The notes under the pieces were generated by a model. That model was not told the DNA's origin. It saw nothing but the letters and a program-made list of their open reading frames with translations, and made no database searches. Shown here one piece after another: positions 38,903 to 50,451 of a stretch of 64,000 bases of DNA. The stretch covers positions 1 through 64,000 of the forward strand of contig JAANOX010000275.1 in assembly GCA_020184695.1 (NCBI GenBank). Direction: 5' to 3'. Position 1 is the first letter of the stretch. The number at the start of each line of letters is the position of its first letter. The stretch is from Histomonas meleagridis 2922-C6/04-290x (Eukaryota > Protista > Parabasalia). The position numbers and the translations under genes were made by a program.

Positions 38903-39931
38903 TTAGGCTTTTTCGCCTAAAGAAGTGTTCCTTGTATGTCGTGAAGCAGGCCGGTTTCTTAACTGGAAATTTCCATCTCCCAATAGGTTAGTCATTGATT
39001 TTGTTGTTCTTGAATTTCCTTTCTTAAGAACCATGAAACCAGCGTTTGATAACCTTCCTGATGAGCATTTAGATGATTTATGTTGTTTTGAATCTTTTTC
39101 CTTTACTTTTGTACCTTCAAAAAAGATTTGTACCTTTTTGGATGGGCTGTATCCAGATACGTTTTGGAACCTCCTGTCAGATGGATTTTGTTGTAATAAA
39201 TTTCTAATAACATTACTCATTTCTGGTGAAATAGGTTTTGCAAAGTCTATGTTTCCAGAGCTTATGAGGTGCAACATCGTAAACACGTTTTTGGATTGCC
39301 AAGGAAGAGATTTAGTGAGCATGAATGTTAAGAGTACTCCAAGTGACCATAAATCTGCCTGATAACCGACATCTGTTTCACCTTTAAAGTATTCTGGCGC
39401 TAGAAAACCAACATTAAATGTAGACGGAGAACTTATCATTAAATCAATATCAAACGGAAGTGGATAAAGATCTGTTAAAATAATATCAGAATCATTCAGA
39501 ATGAAGATGTTATTTGGCTTAATGACATTAGGATATAAATCATGTGAATGAAGAAAAGAAAAGCATTGAAAAATTGCTTTCCATATTTCAAACAAAGATA
39601 TGGAATCCTCTTCTGCTATCAATGATATCCTTTCAGTGAGTGTTTGTTCTTGTATAAATGGTCTTAAAAACGCATAATATTTTGAATTTTCATAATAATT
39701 TTCAAAAGATAAAATATTTGGATTCTTGAGGCTTTTAACACGTTCGATGAAGCCAATGAATTTCTGTCTCTTTTCCTTTGTTGACAATCGATCCTTTTCG
39801 ATTGATTTACAAATAAAAAATTTACCTGTTTCTTTATCTTCGAAACGAGCGGTTCTCCCTAGAACCCCAAGAGGCATTTCCTTTTTAAAAACATACCTAG
39901 ATGGGATTGGGTAAACTTCCGCTGTTTCCAT
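38903..39931 (-). CDS. CAMK-like protein kinase fold, probable pseudokinase
   Basis: IKPNNIF, GFLAPE and DLWSLGV are present; HRD is replaced by YPN and DFG by TDL. Confidence 0.85.
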   Translation of the reverse strand: METAEVYPIPSRYVFKKEMPLGVLGRTARFEDKETGKFFICKSIEKDRLSTKEKRQKFIGFIERVKSLKNPNILSFENYYENSKYYAFLRPFIQEQTLTERISLIAEEDSISLFEIWKAIFQCFSFLHSHDLYPNVIKPNNIFILNDSDIILTDLYPLPFDIDLMISSPSTFNVGFLAPEYFKGETDVGYQADLWSLGVLLTFMLTKSLPWQSKNVFTMLHLISSGNIDFAKPISPEMSNVIRNLLQQNPSDRRFQNVSGYSPSKKVQIFFEGTKVKEKDSKQHKSSKCSSGRLSNAGFMVLKKGNSRTTKSMTNLLGDGNFQLRNRPASRHTRNTSLGEKA

Positions 39932-41034
39932 ACGCTATAAATTTTATAGTTTATGAATTAAGAAAAGCACTATTCAAATCGCATGCGATAGGACGGTTTT
40001 TTGCCTTGTAGTGGTTAAATAATTATGTGAAGTGTTTGGCAAAATTCGTTTGCCCAAAAAAATTGACTTCTTAGAACTGAAATATAAAACAATTTATTAT
40101 AAATGGAAACATTAGTGAAAGTTAAAAAAAATAAGTTTTGGGATACTATCAGAATTGTTTAAAGCAGAATTTTATGTTTTTGTTACTATATTCATTTTGC
40201 AAAATGAATAGATTTCTTAAATAATATTATTTAATACTACATTATGATGCACTACTGGTTGAGTTGGATTCATGTTTTTAAATTCCATGTTCTTTCTTCT
40301 GAGATTTTATATAAGTCTGTAATTTGAGTAATATAAACATCACAGCACGGTTTTCAATTGAGCATTGAACAATTTTGTAGAAGACAGTTTGATATTGCGT
40401 TGATTCAGATGAAGCTTCAGCCATTCTTCCCTGTGGTACATAGGTTCAAGGATAAGAATGTTTACATGATCATGTCAATACGTCCTTGATCCCATTTATA
40501 ATTGCCATTCATCATTTATCAATTCAATCTTTATTAAGTTTCCTATGCATTGAAATCAGAACTTTAAAGTATACTTTAAATAATTAAATTATAACAATAA
40601 CATGTTAAAATCTAAAAAATTATAAAAAAAAAAAAAAAAAAATTATCATTTGATGATAATGAGTTTGTTAACCTTGATTTTTTTTTTGGTTATTTTTTAT
40701 TTTCAAAGGAGAGTTAACAATACATTTTCAACGTATGAAATTACATTATAAACATTAAAATTAGATAATTAAAGAAACATTGCTTAATTTTTAACAAATA
40801 AAAATGTGATACATTAATATATTCTTTAATCTTAATTAAATACTGATACACAAAAGCATCAATGATGTATCATAATAAGTATTCATATGAACCTACATAT
40901 GGATCTTATTCTCATGACATATCTATAAATGATATAATTAAAATCATTAACGAAATCTTCGAAGATAAATTAAATTACAGAAAATTTTATTAAAACAAAA
41001 TTTATAACAATAATAATATTTAACAAACACAAGT

Positions 41035-42654
41035 TCATCTGTTGTAAGGTTTCACACCGTTCATTTCCGCCCATTGCACTGATTGCCGTGGGATTTCCTT
41101 CAACAACTCTTCAGCGAGATGCTCATCGCCCAAATCCTTTAAACGAATGAATCTGATTAAGTCTCTTTCCAAAGTTCTTCCTGCGTAATTTACAATCTTC
41201 GACTTATTCGAATCCAATTTTACCATTGATTCGAAGTTATCTTCACCAATCCCGACAACAATTATTGACAAAGGAATTCTCGATGCTTCGACAATTGCAT
41301 CTAATGTATCACTCATATCATTAATAGGACCATCTGTGAGTATTATTAACACGCTAAAATTACGTTGTTCTTCAAATGACTTCAACGCAATTTGACTCGC
41401 ATTTTTGATAACTGGAGATAAAAGTGTCGGGCCGCTGAACGATACGCGAGAAACAGCATTTCGATATAAGCGCAATATGTCATCAACACTACATGCAATG
41501 CTTGAGTCTTCCCCTGGTATTAATGGAAAACATCGTTGCGGAAATTCTTTCGCACCAAATCCTAATACTGGAAATGACTGATGTCGATCATATGGACACA
41601 TAATATCGCCAATACATCGAATACATTTCTCATATTGGTTTTTGTTTTTCCCAGTAGGATCAAGATAATGTAATGATTTGGGATCTTTAGGATCACCATT
41701 AGAAAGGGTAAAATCAACTGCTGTAATGACATTAAGGCCAAAGCCATTATGAAGATAGTCATAAAAGTTCGATTTTTGTTGAAGTGAAAGATTAAGGATT
41801 TTAAATGACCCAACATTTTTGTTGGAATTGTTGACAATGGGAAGAAGTGTATTCACTGATTCGCTTAAGCGAGCATATGTAGAGTCATGATACCCAACTA
41901 ATTGTGACGATTTAGATTTCTTATGATCAAAAAATGAAATACGAAGTTGAAGCTCTGGATCATTGTCACATAAAAGTTGGAACGCAATAGAAAAGGATTC
42001 CCATTGCATCTTCTTATTGCCTTCGGAATTATAAATTGTTACATAATTTCCGTCTGTTGTCTTTTTGGATATCGAAAAAGACACCTCGTTCTGAAAGATT
42101 AACGAGTGTCTTTTTAGGGATACACCAAGAATTTGTCCGTTTATTAATGATGAACAATTATCAATTTGACTTGAATTGATATATAAAGATCCACATACGG
42201 ATTGTTGTGAGTTCTTGAGCTTGAGTTCTGTTTTTGAATTATTTGTGATGATTTTTGAGAATTGAATTTTGGATTCTCCAATTATGATTTGTTTTGATAA
42301 ATCATTGGTATTTGCGCTAACACTATATACCCTAAAGATAAGCAACTGCTTCATTTCAAACCTGTAAACGATTTTGATTTTGTGCGACCAATTTGGATTT
42401 GGAGATGTTTGGGGCTCTGTTCTTCCAACCTCGATCAAACTTCGTTTATTACGTAGAAACAGTACGCAAATGCAGTTTGACTCTGTGAGGTTATCTGGTA
42501 ATTGAAGTTTTTGTGCTGATATGTTTAAATATATTATTGGTAAAGAATATGTGAGATCTGTTGTTATGTAATTAGCTATTTCTGAATATGGGTTGTATTT
42601 TGATTGAGAAATTGGCAGTGACTTCCTTGAAGAAGAGCCATTTTCGGAGCTCAT
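41035..42654 (-). CDS. Copine (C2-C2-vWA)
   Basis: GRTE...NPNW, AVDFTLSNGDP...SLHY, FSGPTLLSPVI, LIILTDG, PLSIIVVGIGEDNF. Confidence 0.93.
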   Translation of the reverse strand: MSSENGSSSRKSLPISQSKYNPYSEIANYITTDLTYSLPIIYLNISAQKLQLPDNLTESNCICVLFLRNKRSLIEVGRTEPQTSPNPNWSHKIKIVYRFEMKQLLIFRVYSVSANTNDLSKQIIIGESKIQFSKIITNNSKTELKLKNSQQSVCGSLYINSSQIDNCSSLINGQILGVSLKRHSLIFQNEVSFSISKKTTDGNYVTIYNSEGNKKMQWESFSIAFQLLCDNDPELQLRISFFDHKKSKSSQLVGYHDSTYARLSESVNTLLPIVNNSNKNVGSFKILNLSLQQKSNFYDYLHNGFGLNVITAVDFTLSNGDPKDPKSLHYLDPTGKNKNQYEKCIRCIGDIMCPYDRHQSFPVLGFGAKEFPQRCFPLIPGEDSSIACSVDDILRLYRNAVSRVSFSGPTLLSPVIKNASQIALKSFEEQRNFSVLIILTDGPINDMSDTLDAIVEASRIPLSIIVVGIGEDNFESMVKLDSNKSKIVNYAGRTLERDLIRFIRLKDLGDEHLAEELLKEIPRQSVQWAEMNGVKPYNR

Positions 42655-43338
42655 AAATTATGTTGTTTTTTTGTGCACCGATAATTCAATATTACCAAAA
42701 ATATTAACCGTTTTCTAAAAAACTCAAATTTTTATAAAAACTCAAAGACAAAGAATATTATTGTTTGTACGAACAATATACATGATAACTGTCTTAAAAT
42801 AAAAAACTACTTCCTCTATAAAATTTGTCTTTTACTTATGTGAAAAATGTGGAATTGGTTGTACGATCAGATGGAGTCAAATCGAAGATATCCACACATT
42901 CAATTATCAAACTCTATTCAATTTTTTGAAAGGATTCTGGGTAATGAATTGATTGTGTGGATCAGAATTTATTTTTATGAAATAAAATTAAGATTTTATC
43001 ATCAAACTTATTCGAAAGAAAAAAAAATTCATCGGTACATTTTTTATGAAGATTAGACAAATTTTTTTTTATAGTTTGAATCAAGAAATAAAGAAATAAA
43101 ATTTATGATTCCAAGAAAACAAAAGGAAGATTTTCTAAACAAACGAAATTAATTTTAATATTTGCATCATTATCATTTTTGTTTATGTTGTAAGATAGCC
43201 TTTCAGTAAGAGAAGAAACATCAAAAGAATTCAGAAGAATTTTAAAAGATTTTAAATATACTTTCCAAAAAATCAAATCAAAAAAAAATTATTCATTTCA
43301 TTCCGATTTATTATTAACAAATTTTTAAGTTCAAAGTA

Positions 43339-44499
43339 TCAAACAAATTGATCAAAAGATCGAGCATACATTGTCATTTGTTTGCTATTATCGCAAGTAA
43401 CAAAAGCACCCACATAATTATTAAGAGGGATACAGTCGTACACTATATTTCCTGAGTGTTGAAGCGTCTGTACATATTTTGATGACTTCCAAATAACCGC
43501 TTTCCCTATCGTCGAACCGCTGATGACAAATTCCTCTGACGCCAATGAGACGCAACATGAGCCAATTATCGAGCCATTCGTTGGTGATCTGGCATACTCT
43601 TTTTGGACATAAATAGGAAGTTCATTACCAATTTGTCGAACAATTCCATCAAACGAAGTAACAGTGATATTCTTGGTTCCTGAAATTTTAGAAATAGGGA
43701 GCTGCGCAGTCGATACTTGTATGGATTGATATGTTTTATTGGTTCGAGGATCAAATAATAATAACGATCCAGTGGATGTTCCAAGTAAAATTCCAAGTGA
43801 TGTGGACGCAACAGCAGTAATAGGAGTGTTCATTTCCATAATTGTAGGATTAGGATCTCGGACATCTATTGATACAAGATTTTTTGTACAGCTGGCAACA
43901 AGAATTGAAGACTCTATGCTTGCATGTGAAACAGCTGGCACACTCGTGTAAAATGATTGGTTTTCCCCTGTTTCAATATCCCATATTTTTAATGTTGAAT
44001 CAAGTGAAACCGTTGAAAGTGAAGAATCATTGACCCATTTAACTGAAGTTACAGGACCTTCATGTCCAGTGAGCGGCTGCGATGCTTTTTTAATTGGACC
44101 AATATTTGCATCTGAACTTTCTTGAAATCTGAATCTATAAAGTGAAAGCATGTTTTGATTACACTTTAAAGTATTAAAATCCCACAAAGAAATTGAACCG
44201 TTGGATTCTCCTACAGCTACTAGTGGTCCATCACATAACGTCAATGGTATTGAAGATAAAGATACTTTTCCAACAGCATCAAAAAATGACGTGTACTTCT
44301 CTGATTTTTTCTGACCATTTGATTCAACAAGTTCATTGCAAACTGTAATTGGTGGTAAAATACTAACTTTACTATTTTGTAAAGATCCTGATAATTCTTT
44401 TACACGCTCTTGAGCCATTTTAACAAGGTGTAAAAGCTTTTGATTCTCTTCATTGAGAATTTCGTTTTCTTTTTGCATAAGTCTGTTGTGATTAAACAT
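43339..44499 (-). CDS. WD40-repeat protein with N-terminal coiled coil
   Basis: LTGHEGPVTSVKW...SLDSTLKIWD and further WD-like blades. Confidence 0.85.
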   Translation of the reverse strand: MFNHNRLMQKENEILNEENQKLLHLVKMAQERVKELSGSLQNSKVSILPPITVCNELVESNGQKKSEKYTSFFDAVGKVSLSSIPLTLCDGPLVAVGESNGSISLWDFNTLKCNQNMLSLYRFRFQESSDANIGPIKKASQPLTGHEGPVTSVKWVNDSSLSTVSLDSTLKIWDIETGENQSFYTSVPAVSHASIESSILVASCTKNLVSIDVRDPNPTIMEMNTPITAVASTSLGILLGTSTGSLLLFDPRTNKTYQSIQVSTAQLPISKISGTKNITVTSFDGIVRQIGNELPIYVQKEYARSPTNGSIIGSCCVSLASEEFVISGSTIGKAVIWKSSKYVQTLQHSGNIVYDCIPLNNYVGAFVTCDNSKQMTMYARSFDQFV

Positions 44500-44826
44500 T
44501 TTTTTTGACTTTTCAAATCACATGTCCCTTTGAACAGGTTCAAATTTTTGAAAATTCTCCTTTCCAATATTATCAGTTCCAATATAAATAAGCCAAATAA
44601 AACAATCAGATAAAAATAAAAACATGAAATGATGAATTAAATTTTATATAAAATTTTAATAATAAGTTGATCAAATTTTTGCAAAATTTTTTTTAAAGGA
44701 GGATTTTAAATTTATGATTACTTAATTACCAAGAATAACCAGATATACTCAAATAATATTATTAAAAATATTTGTTCAATTGAATTAATAATCTTCGAAA
44801 AGCAAAGTTCAATCAAAAAATAACTT

Positions 44827-45402
44827 TTATTCAATTATCTTCAATATATTTTTGTGCGCATCAGAACTTAATATTGGCCATTTTGTTTTTACTTTTTGTA
44901 TATCATTTTCGCCCGTTTCGAGAAGAATCTTTTTGATTTTGTCTTCTGGTAAAACGTCAAAATCTGGAGGCTCTTCTAACGCATTAATCAACGATATTTC
45001 TGTGGGAGCCGATCTGATATGTTCATTTAAACTTTCAGTAATTTTAGATAACTGTTTATACCATTCTTCTTCTACGCTGTTTGCTTTCTCACTGAGATGT
45101 CTGTTAACAAAAGCCATAACGTCATCTCCAATAAGAACAAACATACTTGTCTCTCCATTATACTTTTTAGCATTATCACATATTAACTGAATGTCTGCCA
45201 CGAATTCCTTTACCGTAGTGTATTCACCTCTGGTAAGTTTTTTTTTCATTGTACCAAGATCCATTGGATGCGTAATAATCTCAAGATAACGTGGTGCATT
45301 GTCTCGAATAGGATCAACTGGTGCACGAAAAGGCGCTGTTATGGGCATTTTGTGAAGATCATTAAGAAGTTTAAGACACCAGTTTTTATCATATTCATTC
45401 AT
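44827..45402 (-). CDS. Bromodomain protein
   Basis: PFRAPVDP...YLEIITHPMDLGTMKKKL...LICDNAKKYN. Confidence 0.93.
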   Translation of the reverse strand: MNEYDKNWCLKLLNDLHKMPITAPFRAPVDPIRDNAPRYLEIITHPMDLGTMKKKLTRGEYTTVKEFVADIQLICDNAKKYNGETSMFVLIGDDVMAFVNRHLSEKANSVEEEWYKQLSKITESLNEHIRSAPTEISLINALEEPPDFDVLPEDKIKKILLETGENDIQKVKTKWPILSSDAHKNILKIIE

Positions 45403-45546
45403 TTTGAAGTATGAATTTTGACTTACTTTGTTTGAGCTTTCAGAACGGTTATGTTCAGAAAAAATGGCGGGATATCACCATTTCTAAACGAACTTTTTTT
45501 GAATGTTTGGGGTACACCGAAACGATAGTGCGTCATAACCGTTTAT

Positions 45547-46149
45547 ATGAACAAGAGCAAGATCCTTAACATTTCATCAAATAGTTGGCTTGTTGAAATC
45601 GATGACTTCTTTTTACAATCTTCTGTATCTTATTACGGTCTTAACAATTTAGTTCCCCATTATTCTAGAGCTTCTGCTATCATTAAAGGGCGCACTATTG
45701 ATATCTCTGGAATGACTCGTCACTCTATTGATTCTCTTGCTGAATCATGTCGTTTATTGTACGGTCTTTTACATCAACGTTATGTGATTACTGATGATGG
45801 AATTAGAAGGGTTTACCATAAATACCAACGTGGTGTATACGGATGCTGCCCAAGAATTGCATGTAATAAGAAGCACTTGATCCCAATGGGTATTACAGAA
45901 GAACCTGGAAAAGAAAAAGTTAAATGTTGGTGTCCCAATTGCCACGATATTTATGAAACTGATACGGAAATAGATGGTGCATATTTTGGTCCAGACTTAC
46001 CAATAATGTTTCATAAAATCAACAATATTCCATTGAAATACAAAGCATTTTGTCCTTTTCTCAAAAATGTTGAAAACGAAACAGAAGAAGTTCCAGAAAT
46101 TCCCCAAAGATTGTATAGGTGGGGAGAGCAAGTGCCACAACCCGAATGA
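45547..46149 (+). CDS. Casein kinase II regulatory (beta) subunit
   Basis: LYGLLHQRYVIT, YGCCPRIAC, CWCPNCHDIY, DGAYFGP. Confidence 0.93.
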   Translation: MNKSKILNISSNSWLVEIDDFFLQSSVSYYGLNNLVPHYSRASAIIKGRTIDISGMTRHSIDSLAESCRLLYGLLHQRYVITDDGIRRVYHKYQRGVYGCCPRIACNKKHLIPMGITEEPGKEKVKCWCPNCHDIYETDTEIDGAYFGPDLPIMFHKINNIPLKYKAFCPFLKNVENETEEVPEIPQRLYRWGEQVPQPE

Positions 46150-46516
46150 ACTTTGTGTACATTCAAGGTAAATAAAAAAAATTAACTCAAACATCATCTG
46201 TAATAATTAATGTTAATGTTTAGTATTAGAAGAGTTCTGTATCAAAAAGGAGTACATGAAGAATTAAATTACAAATTTTTAATTTCAAATTCGCCAATCA
46301 AAAAGAAAAAAATATCTTCAAAATTGGATCAGAAAGTAATATAATAAGTTCCATTTGTTATATATAATAATTCATTCAGTGGCAATTTGCCGCGATAGTG
46401 ATGAATCATATCGATAATAAACTAAACAATTTTATTGAAAATTTTCTTTTTGGTCTTTTTCAAACCGCCTAATAAACAACAATAGCCGTCAAAACCGCCC
46501 AAAACTGCCATTGTAA

Positions 46517-47779
46517 ATGACGGCCCCGCAATTCAAGAACGAAAATAACTTCCCTAATATGCAGGCACAATATCCTCCCTTCCCACCTCAGCAGCCTGTA
46601 GGTCAATACCAATATCCCCCTATGCCCCAATATATGTATCCACCTCAACAATATCCTCCTATGTATCCTCCACCGCAACAGCAACAAAGGCACGGTTATG
46701 GTAATAATAACAATAATAGGTACAATAACTCTCGCCAACATAATCGTAATCAAAAGCGCTCTATTAATAACTATGAAAGGGCTGAAGATGATAACAAAGA
46801 ACCAATACATACTGTTTTCTTTTTCAATATTCCTTATAATGTAACATATGATGAGTTTTCACAATATGCTTCAAAATATGGTGAGATTTCAAATATTTAT
46901 TCTATCTTTGAAAGAGGTATGGCATTTGTGACTTACTATGACATTCGTGATGCAATTAACGCCGTGAAAAATCCTTATGAAAAAATTCATGATCGAATAA
47001 TTAAGACATCGTTTGCTTTTAAGCCACCTGCACATTCTAAAAGAGATCCACATAGTGCGTGTTCTACTGTCCATGTGAAATCACTTGAGAGCATTTCTAA
47101 TGTTTTAATTGATGATGTGAAAGAATCAATCGCACAATTCGGTGAGATTCGTGATTCTACCGTTCGCGGTACTGGTGATTTCGTTGTGAAGTTCTATAAC
47201 CTTAAATCTGCGAAAGCTGCTGTTGAAAAAGGTTCAATTGATGTGAAAGGTGAAACTCTTTCGATTGAATTTTTGCCTGAAGCTGATGAGGGTGATGACC
47301 CTTCGGCCCACCCTCAACTTACTCATGGCCATGACAACAATCAAGGTCATTTCAATCAACATTATCCTTATCCACCTCCTCCATATCAATTTCCTCCTCA
47401 ATATCCACCTTATCCCGGGGTGCCCCAAGGCGGGGTACCCATGCAACCCCCTTACGGGGCACCCCAAGGAATGCCCCCTCCCCCGACAAACGGTCAACCA
47501 TTGCAACAACAGAGAAATTTCCCTGGGCAACAACAATTTAATAATGTGCCTCCAGTGGCTTCTCCAAATTCACAGGCACAACAATCACCACAGAATAATT
47601 TTATGAATCCAATGCAAAATAGTCAACCTCAACAAAATGGACCAACAATAATCCCATCACAACCTTTGCCTATGATGCCTCAATACCCTTCACCAAATGA
47701 ACAAAAGACACCACAAATGTCAATTGAACAATTGAAAATGCTTGACTCTATTAACAATCCTCCAAAAACAAATTTCTGA
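46517..47779 (+). CDS. Two-RRM RNA-binding protein with P/Q/Y low-complexity flanks
   Basis: TVFFFNIPYNV...GMAFVTYYDIRDA (Mei2-like RRM1), a second RRM and prion-like tails. Confidence 0.88.
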   Translation: MTAPQFKNENNFPNMQAQYPPFPPQQPVGQYQYPPMPQYMYPPQQYPPMYPPPQQQQRHGYGNNNNNRYNNSRQHNRNQKRSINNYERAEDDNKEPIHTVFFFNIPYNVTYDEFSQYASKYGEISNIYSIFERGMAFVTYYDIRDAINAVKNPYEKIHDRIIKTSFAFKPPAHSKRDPHSACSTVHVKSLESISNVLIDDVKESIAQFGEIRDSTVRGTGDFVVKFYNLKSAKAAVEKGSIDVKGETLSIEFLPEADEGDDPSAHPQLTHGHDNNQGHFNQHYPYPPPPYQFPPQYPPYPGVPQGGVPMQPPYGAPQGMPPPPTNGQPLQQQRNFPGQQQFNNVPPVASPNSQAQQSPQNNFMNPMQNSQPQQNGPTIIPSQPLPMMPQYPSPNEQKTPQMSIEQLKMLDSINNPPKTNF

Positions 47780-47913
47780 CATAATGAGAAAAACGCAGTA
47801 TAAACAAAAGATCAAATTTTAATAGAGGGTGTGAGTTTAAAATAAGTTATTCTTAACTTAAATAAAAAATCAAAAATTAACGTATTCTTCTTATTGTACG
47901 TTTATGAATTAAA

Positions 47914-48357
47914 ATGCTTGAAAAAAGGCTCAAAGTTCTTTCCAAGCAAAATATGTACTTAGAAAAGTGTGCATCTGATGGGATGAAAAGACAGAAAAAG
48001 GCTTTAGAAGAACAAAGAAAAAAAAATCCGATTCAAAAATCAAATGACATAATAATTCAGTCAAAATTTCTCCATGAAAGCCAACAATTCCCAATCCCGG
48101 TTCAAAGTTGGAAAAAAGGAACACAGTTTTATCGAGAAAAACAAAAGAAACCAACTCAAAAAAACATACACTCAGCTGTAAACAGGAGAAACAAAAAAGT
48201 TAAACTTTCAAAAGACGAGGTTGAAGTTGTAATGAATATGAGATATGAGAAGGCTAAGCTCGAAATACCTCATTCAAAGAAGAAATTTGAAGTGGTAAAA
48301 ATTCATTCAGAGCCACTTGAATATTCGCACAGATGCATTTGGAAAGAATACATGTAG
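47914..48357 (+). CDS. Hypothetical basic protein
   Basis: 147-aa Lys-rich ORF. Confidence 0.65.
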   Translation: MLEKRLKVLSKQNMYLEKCASDGMKRQKKALEEQRKKNPIQKSNDIIIQSKFLHESQQFPIPVQSWKKGTQFYREKQKKPTQKNIHSAVNRRNKKVKLSKDEVEVVMNMRYEKAKLEIPHSKKKFEVVKIHSEPLEYSHRCIWKEYM

Positions 48358-48781
48358 ATTGTTATTTTAACTTATTAAAAAATTAATTGTTTTCTTTAAT
48401 TATTTATCTAAAATCTCAGAGGTAAGCCTTCAGGATATCAAAAGTGTTTTTAGATAAAATAACTTTGATGTTGTGAAATTATCTTAAAAAAAAAATCAGA
48501 TTAAAACTGAACCTATTTATCTCTCAATTTTTCACAACCTAGAAAAAGATATGAAACTTGCATTGAGATAATTGATTATAACTAAATGATTGCAAGCCAA
48601 TGGAATTTGTTCTTGAAAGCAGAACGAAGTATTTCGATAAAGTTCCCAAAAAATTGTATGAGTTAGAATAAAGTACACAAAAAGTTATTTCATCATGATG
48701 TTTATGAAGTAAATACAAAGAAGAAAATCAAACTTAATTTTTCTAATCATGCAAATCAAATCAGCTAATGAAGCTTTTTTA

Positions 48782-49576
48782 TCAATTTGTACCAAATCCA
48801 AAGCAAATATTTGCTTGTTGATGATTTGAAAAACTATCATTAAATGGAAGTTCTCCAGGAGCATCATCAAAACCTTGAAATGATTTATTTTGTTCAAGTG
48901 ATGATTGGATGTAATTAAATAAAATTTTCTTTGCTTCAAAAATTGTGAGATTTTGTTTGCAGACATAGTGAGCAATCGAACTTAATGTTTGCTCCGAGAT
49001 TATGTCTGTTGAATTTAAAATTGTTTCTTTCAATATGGTTATTATTTCATCTGAAGAATATTGCCCAAAATTTATCGCATTAGAAATAATGTCATTGGGA
49101 AATAACTTTACTGGAATTTGCATCCTAGAAATAATAATAAGGCCATTGTCTATTTCTCTGCAATAATAATTGAGTAAATCTATGATGATTAGAAAATCTT
49201 CAAAATGATCCAAAACAATGAGCTGCTTAGTTCCTATATCAAACTCTTGAAATGGAGACTCGTTATTACAGTCAATTATTCTAATTCTATTTTCGTATGG
49301 CGTCATTAAACGACACAGATTAATAGATGATGTTTTTCCAGTACCTTCCTTGCCAGAAATACTCAATATCATAGGACCATTTGAAACAAAAAACTGATCA
49401 ATAAATTCATTAATCATGCTAATTTGAGCCTCTCTGCATGGAAGAGGTGTACAAAAGGCTGACGTTGAAATGCACAACAAGGGGTCGACTGTAATTTTAG
49501 AGGGCTTGCGTCCAATGCAAAGTTCTTTGCCCTCCATTTGTCCAATTCTTGCAAAATAACCGCCAACACCTTGCAA
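48782..49576 (-). CDS. Cdc6/Orc1-like AAA+ ATPase, divergent; start uncertain
   Basis: LPCREAQISMI...SISGKEGTGKT (Walker A), LIVLDHFE (Walker B-like), FGQYSSDEIITIL. Confidence 0.75.
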   Translation of the reverse strand: MQGVGGYFARIGQMEGKELCIGRKPSKITVDPLLCISTSAFCTPLPCREAQISMINEFIDQFFVSNGPMILSISGKEGTGKTSSINLCRLMTPYENRIRIIDCNNESPFQEFDIGTKQLIVLDHFEDFLIIIDLLNYYCREIDNGLIIISRMQIPVKLFPNDIISNAINFGQYSSDEIITILKETILNSTDIISEQTLSSIAHYVCKQNLTIFEAKKILFNYIQSSLEQNKSFQGFDDAPGELPFNDSFSNHQQANICFGFGTN

Positions 49577-49814
49577 TCCTATCGTCGAACAAACCTTATC
49601 AAATTGGTTTCGATCTCTTCACACTCATTCAAATCAAATCCACTATACAGCCTAGCATTATGAATTTTAAAATGTGATACATCATTAAAATGTATGTATT
49701 GTCAATTTTATATATAGCTATGCACAAATTTTATTATAATTTTTATACACAAATTTTATAATTATAATTTGATCATAATAAATAAAAAAAATTTACTTTT
49801 CATCTTCTAGCTAT

Positions 49815-50450
49815 ATGCGATTGTTAAAATATGGAATTGTAATACTACTAATGTTCATGATCATTTCTAGAAATATTTATGGTACTGCTGGTGCTGAAAT
49901 GCTTCGTGCTTCAAAAGTTTTTGGCAGAAACATGAAATATCATTATAATTGGGAAGGTATTGATGATAATGTATTAACGAAAAAAGCAATTGAAGAATTA
50001 GAAAAAATGAAACTTCCATAATTCCATCCAGTAACTACTGCTTATGGATCAGGATTTCTTTCTAGTGATACACAAGGGTTTATTACTCAAAGGCCTTTTT
50101 ATTTACCAAACATTAATCGTACAATTGATTTTATTACAACAATGTATTCTATTTCACATGATAATTTTGGTAAATTTGAATTTGTTGATGCTAAGTTTGA
50201 ATCAACTAGAGACAAATTTTGGATTAAACAAGATAAAGGAAAATATATTCAATTACCGTTTACAAATATTATTGATGTTGAAGAATTAATTGTTTCTTAT
50301 AATGAAATTACTCGGTGTATTTACCAATTTAAAGAATATGTACCTAATGCTTATGTATATAGACAAGAAGTCTCAAATACTCGGTCGACCGTTAATTTCA
50401 ATGAATCGATTTCACCCGACCATTTAGAGGCAGAAATTTGCCATACACAT
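49815..50450 (+). pseudogene. Disrupted hypothetical gene
   Basis: Signal-anchor-like start (49815-50021), in-frame stop, then a frameshifted continuation (50142-50516) running into NPL4. Confidence 0.4.
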
Positions 50451-50451
50451 C

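Noticed and set aside
40250-40560. Coding-like minus-strand fragment
   Set aside because: Multiple stops and no identifiable family; too weak to call.
42800-43060. ORF 42847-43056 and a CEKCG-containing alternative frame
   Set aside because: Probably a decayed transposon scrap, but no diagnostic motif supports a call.
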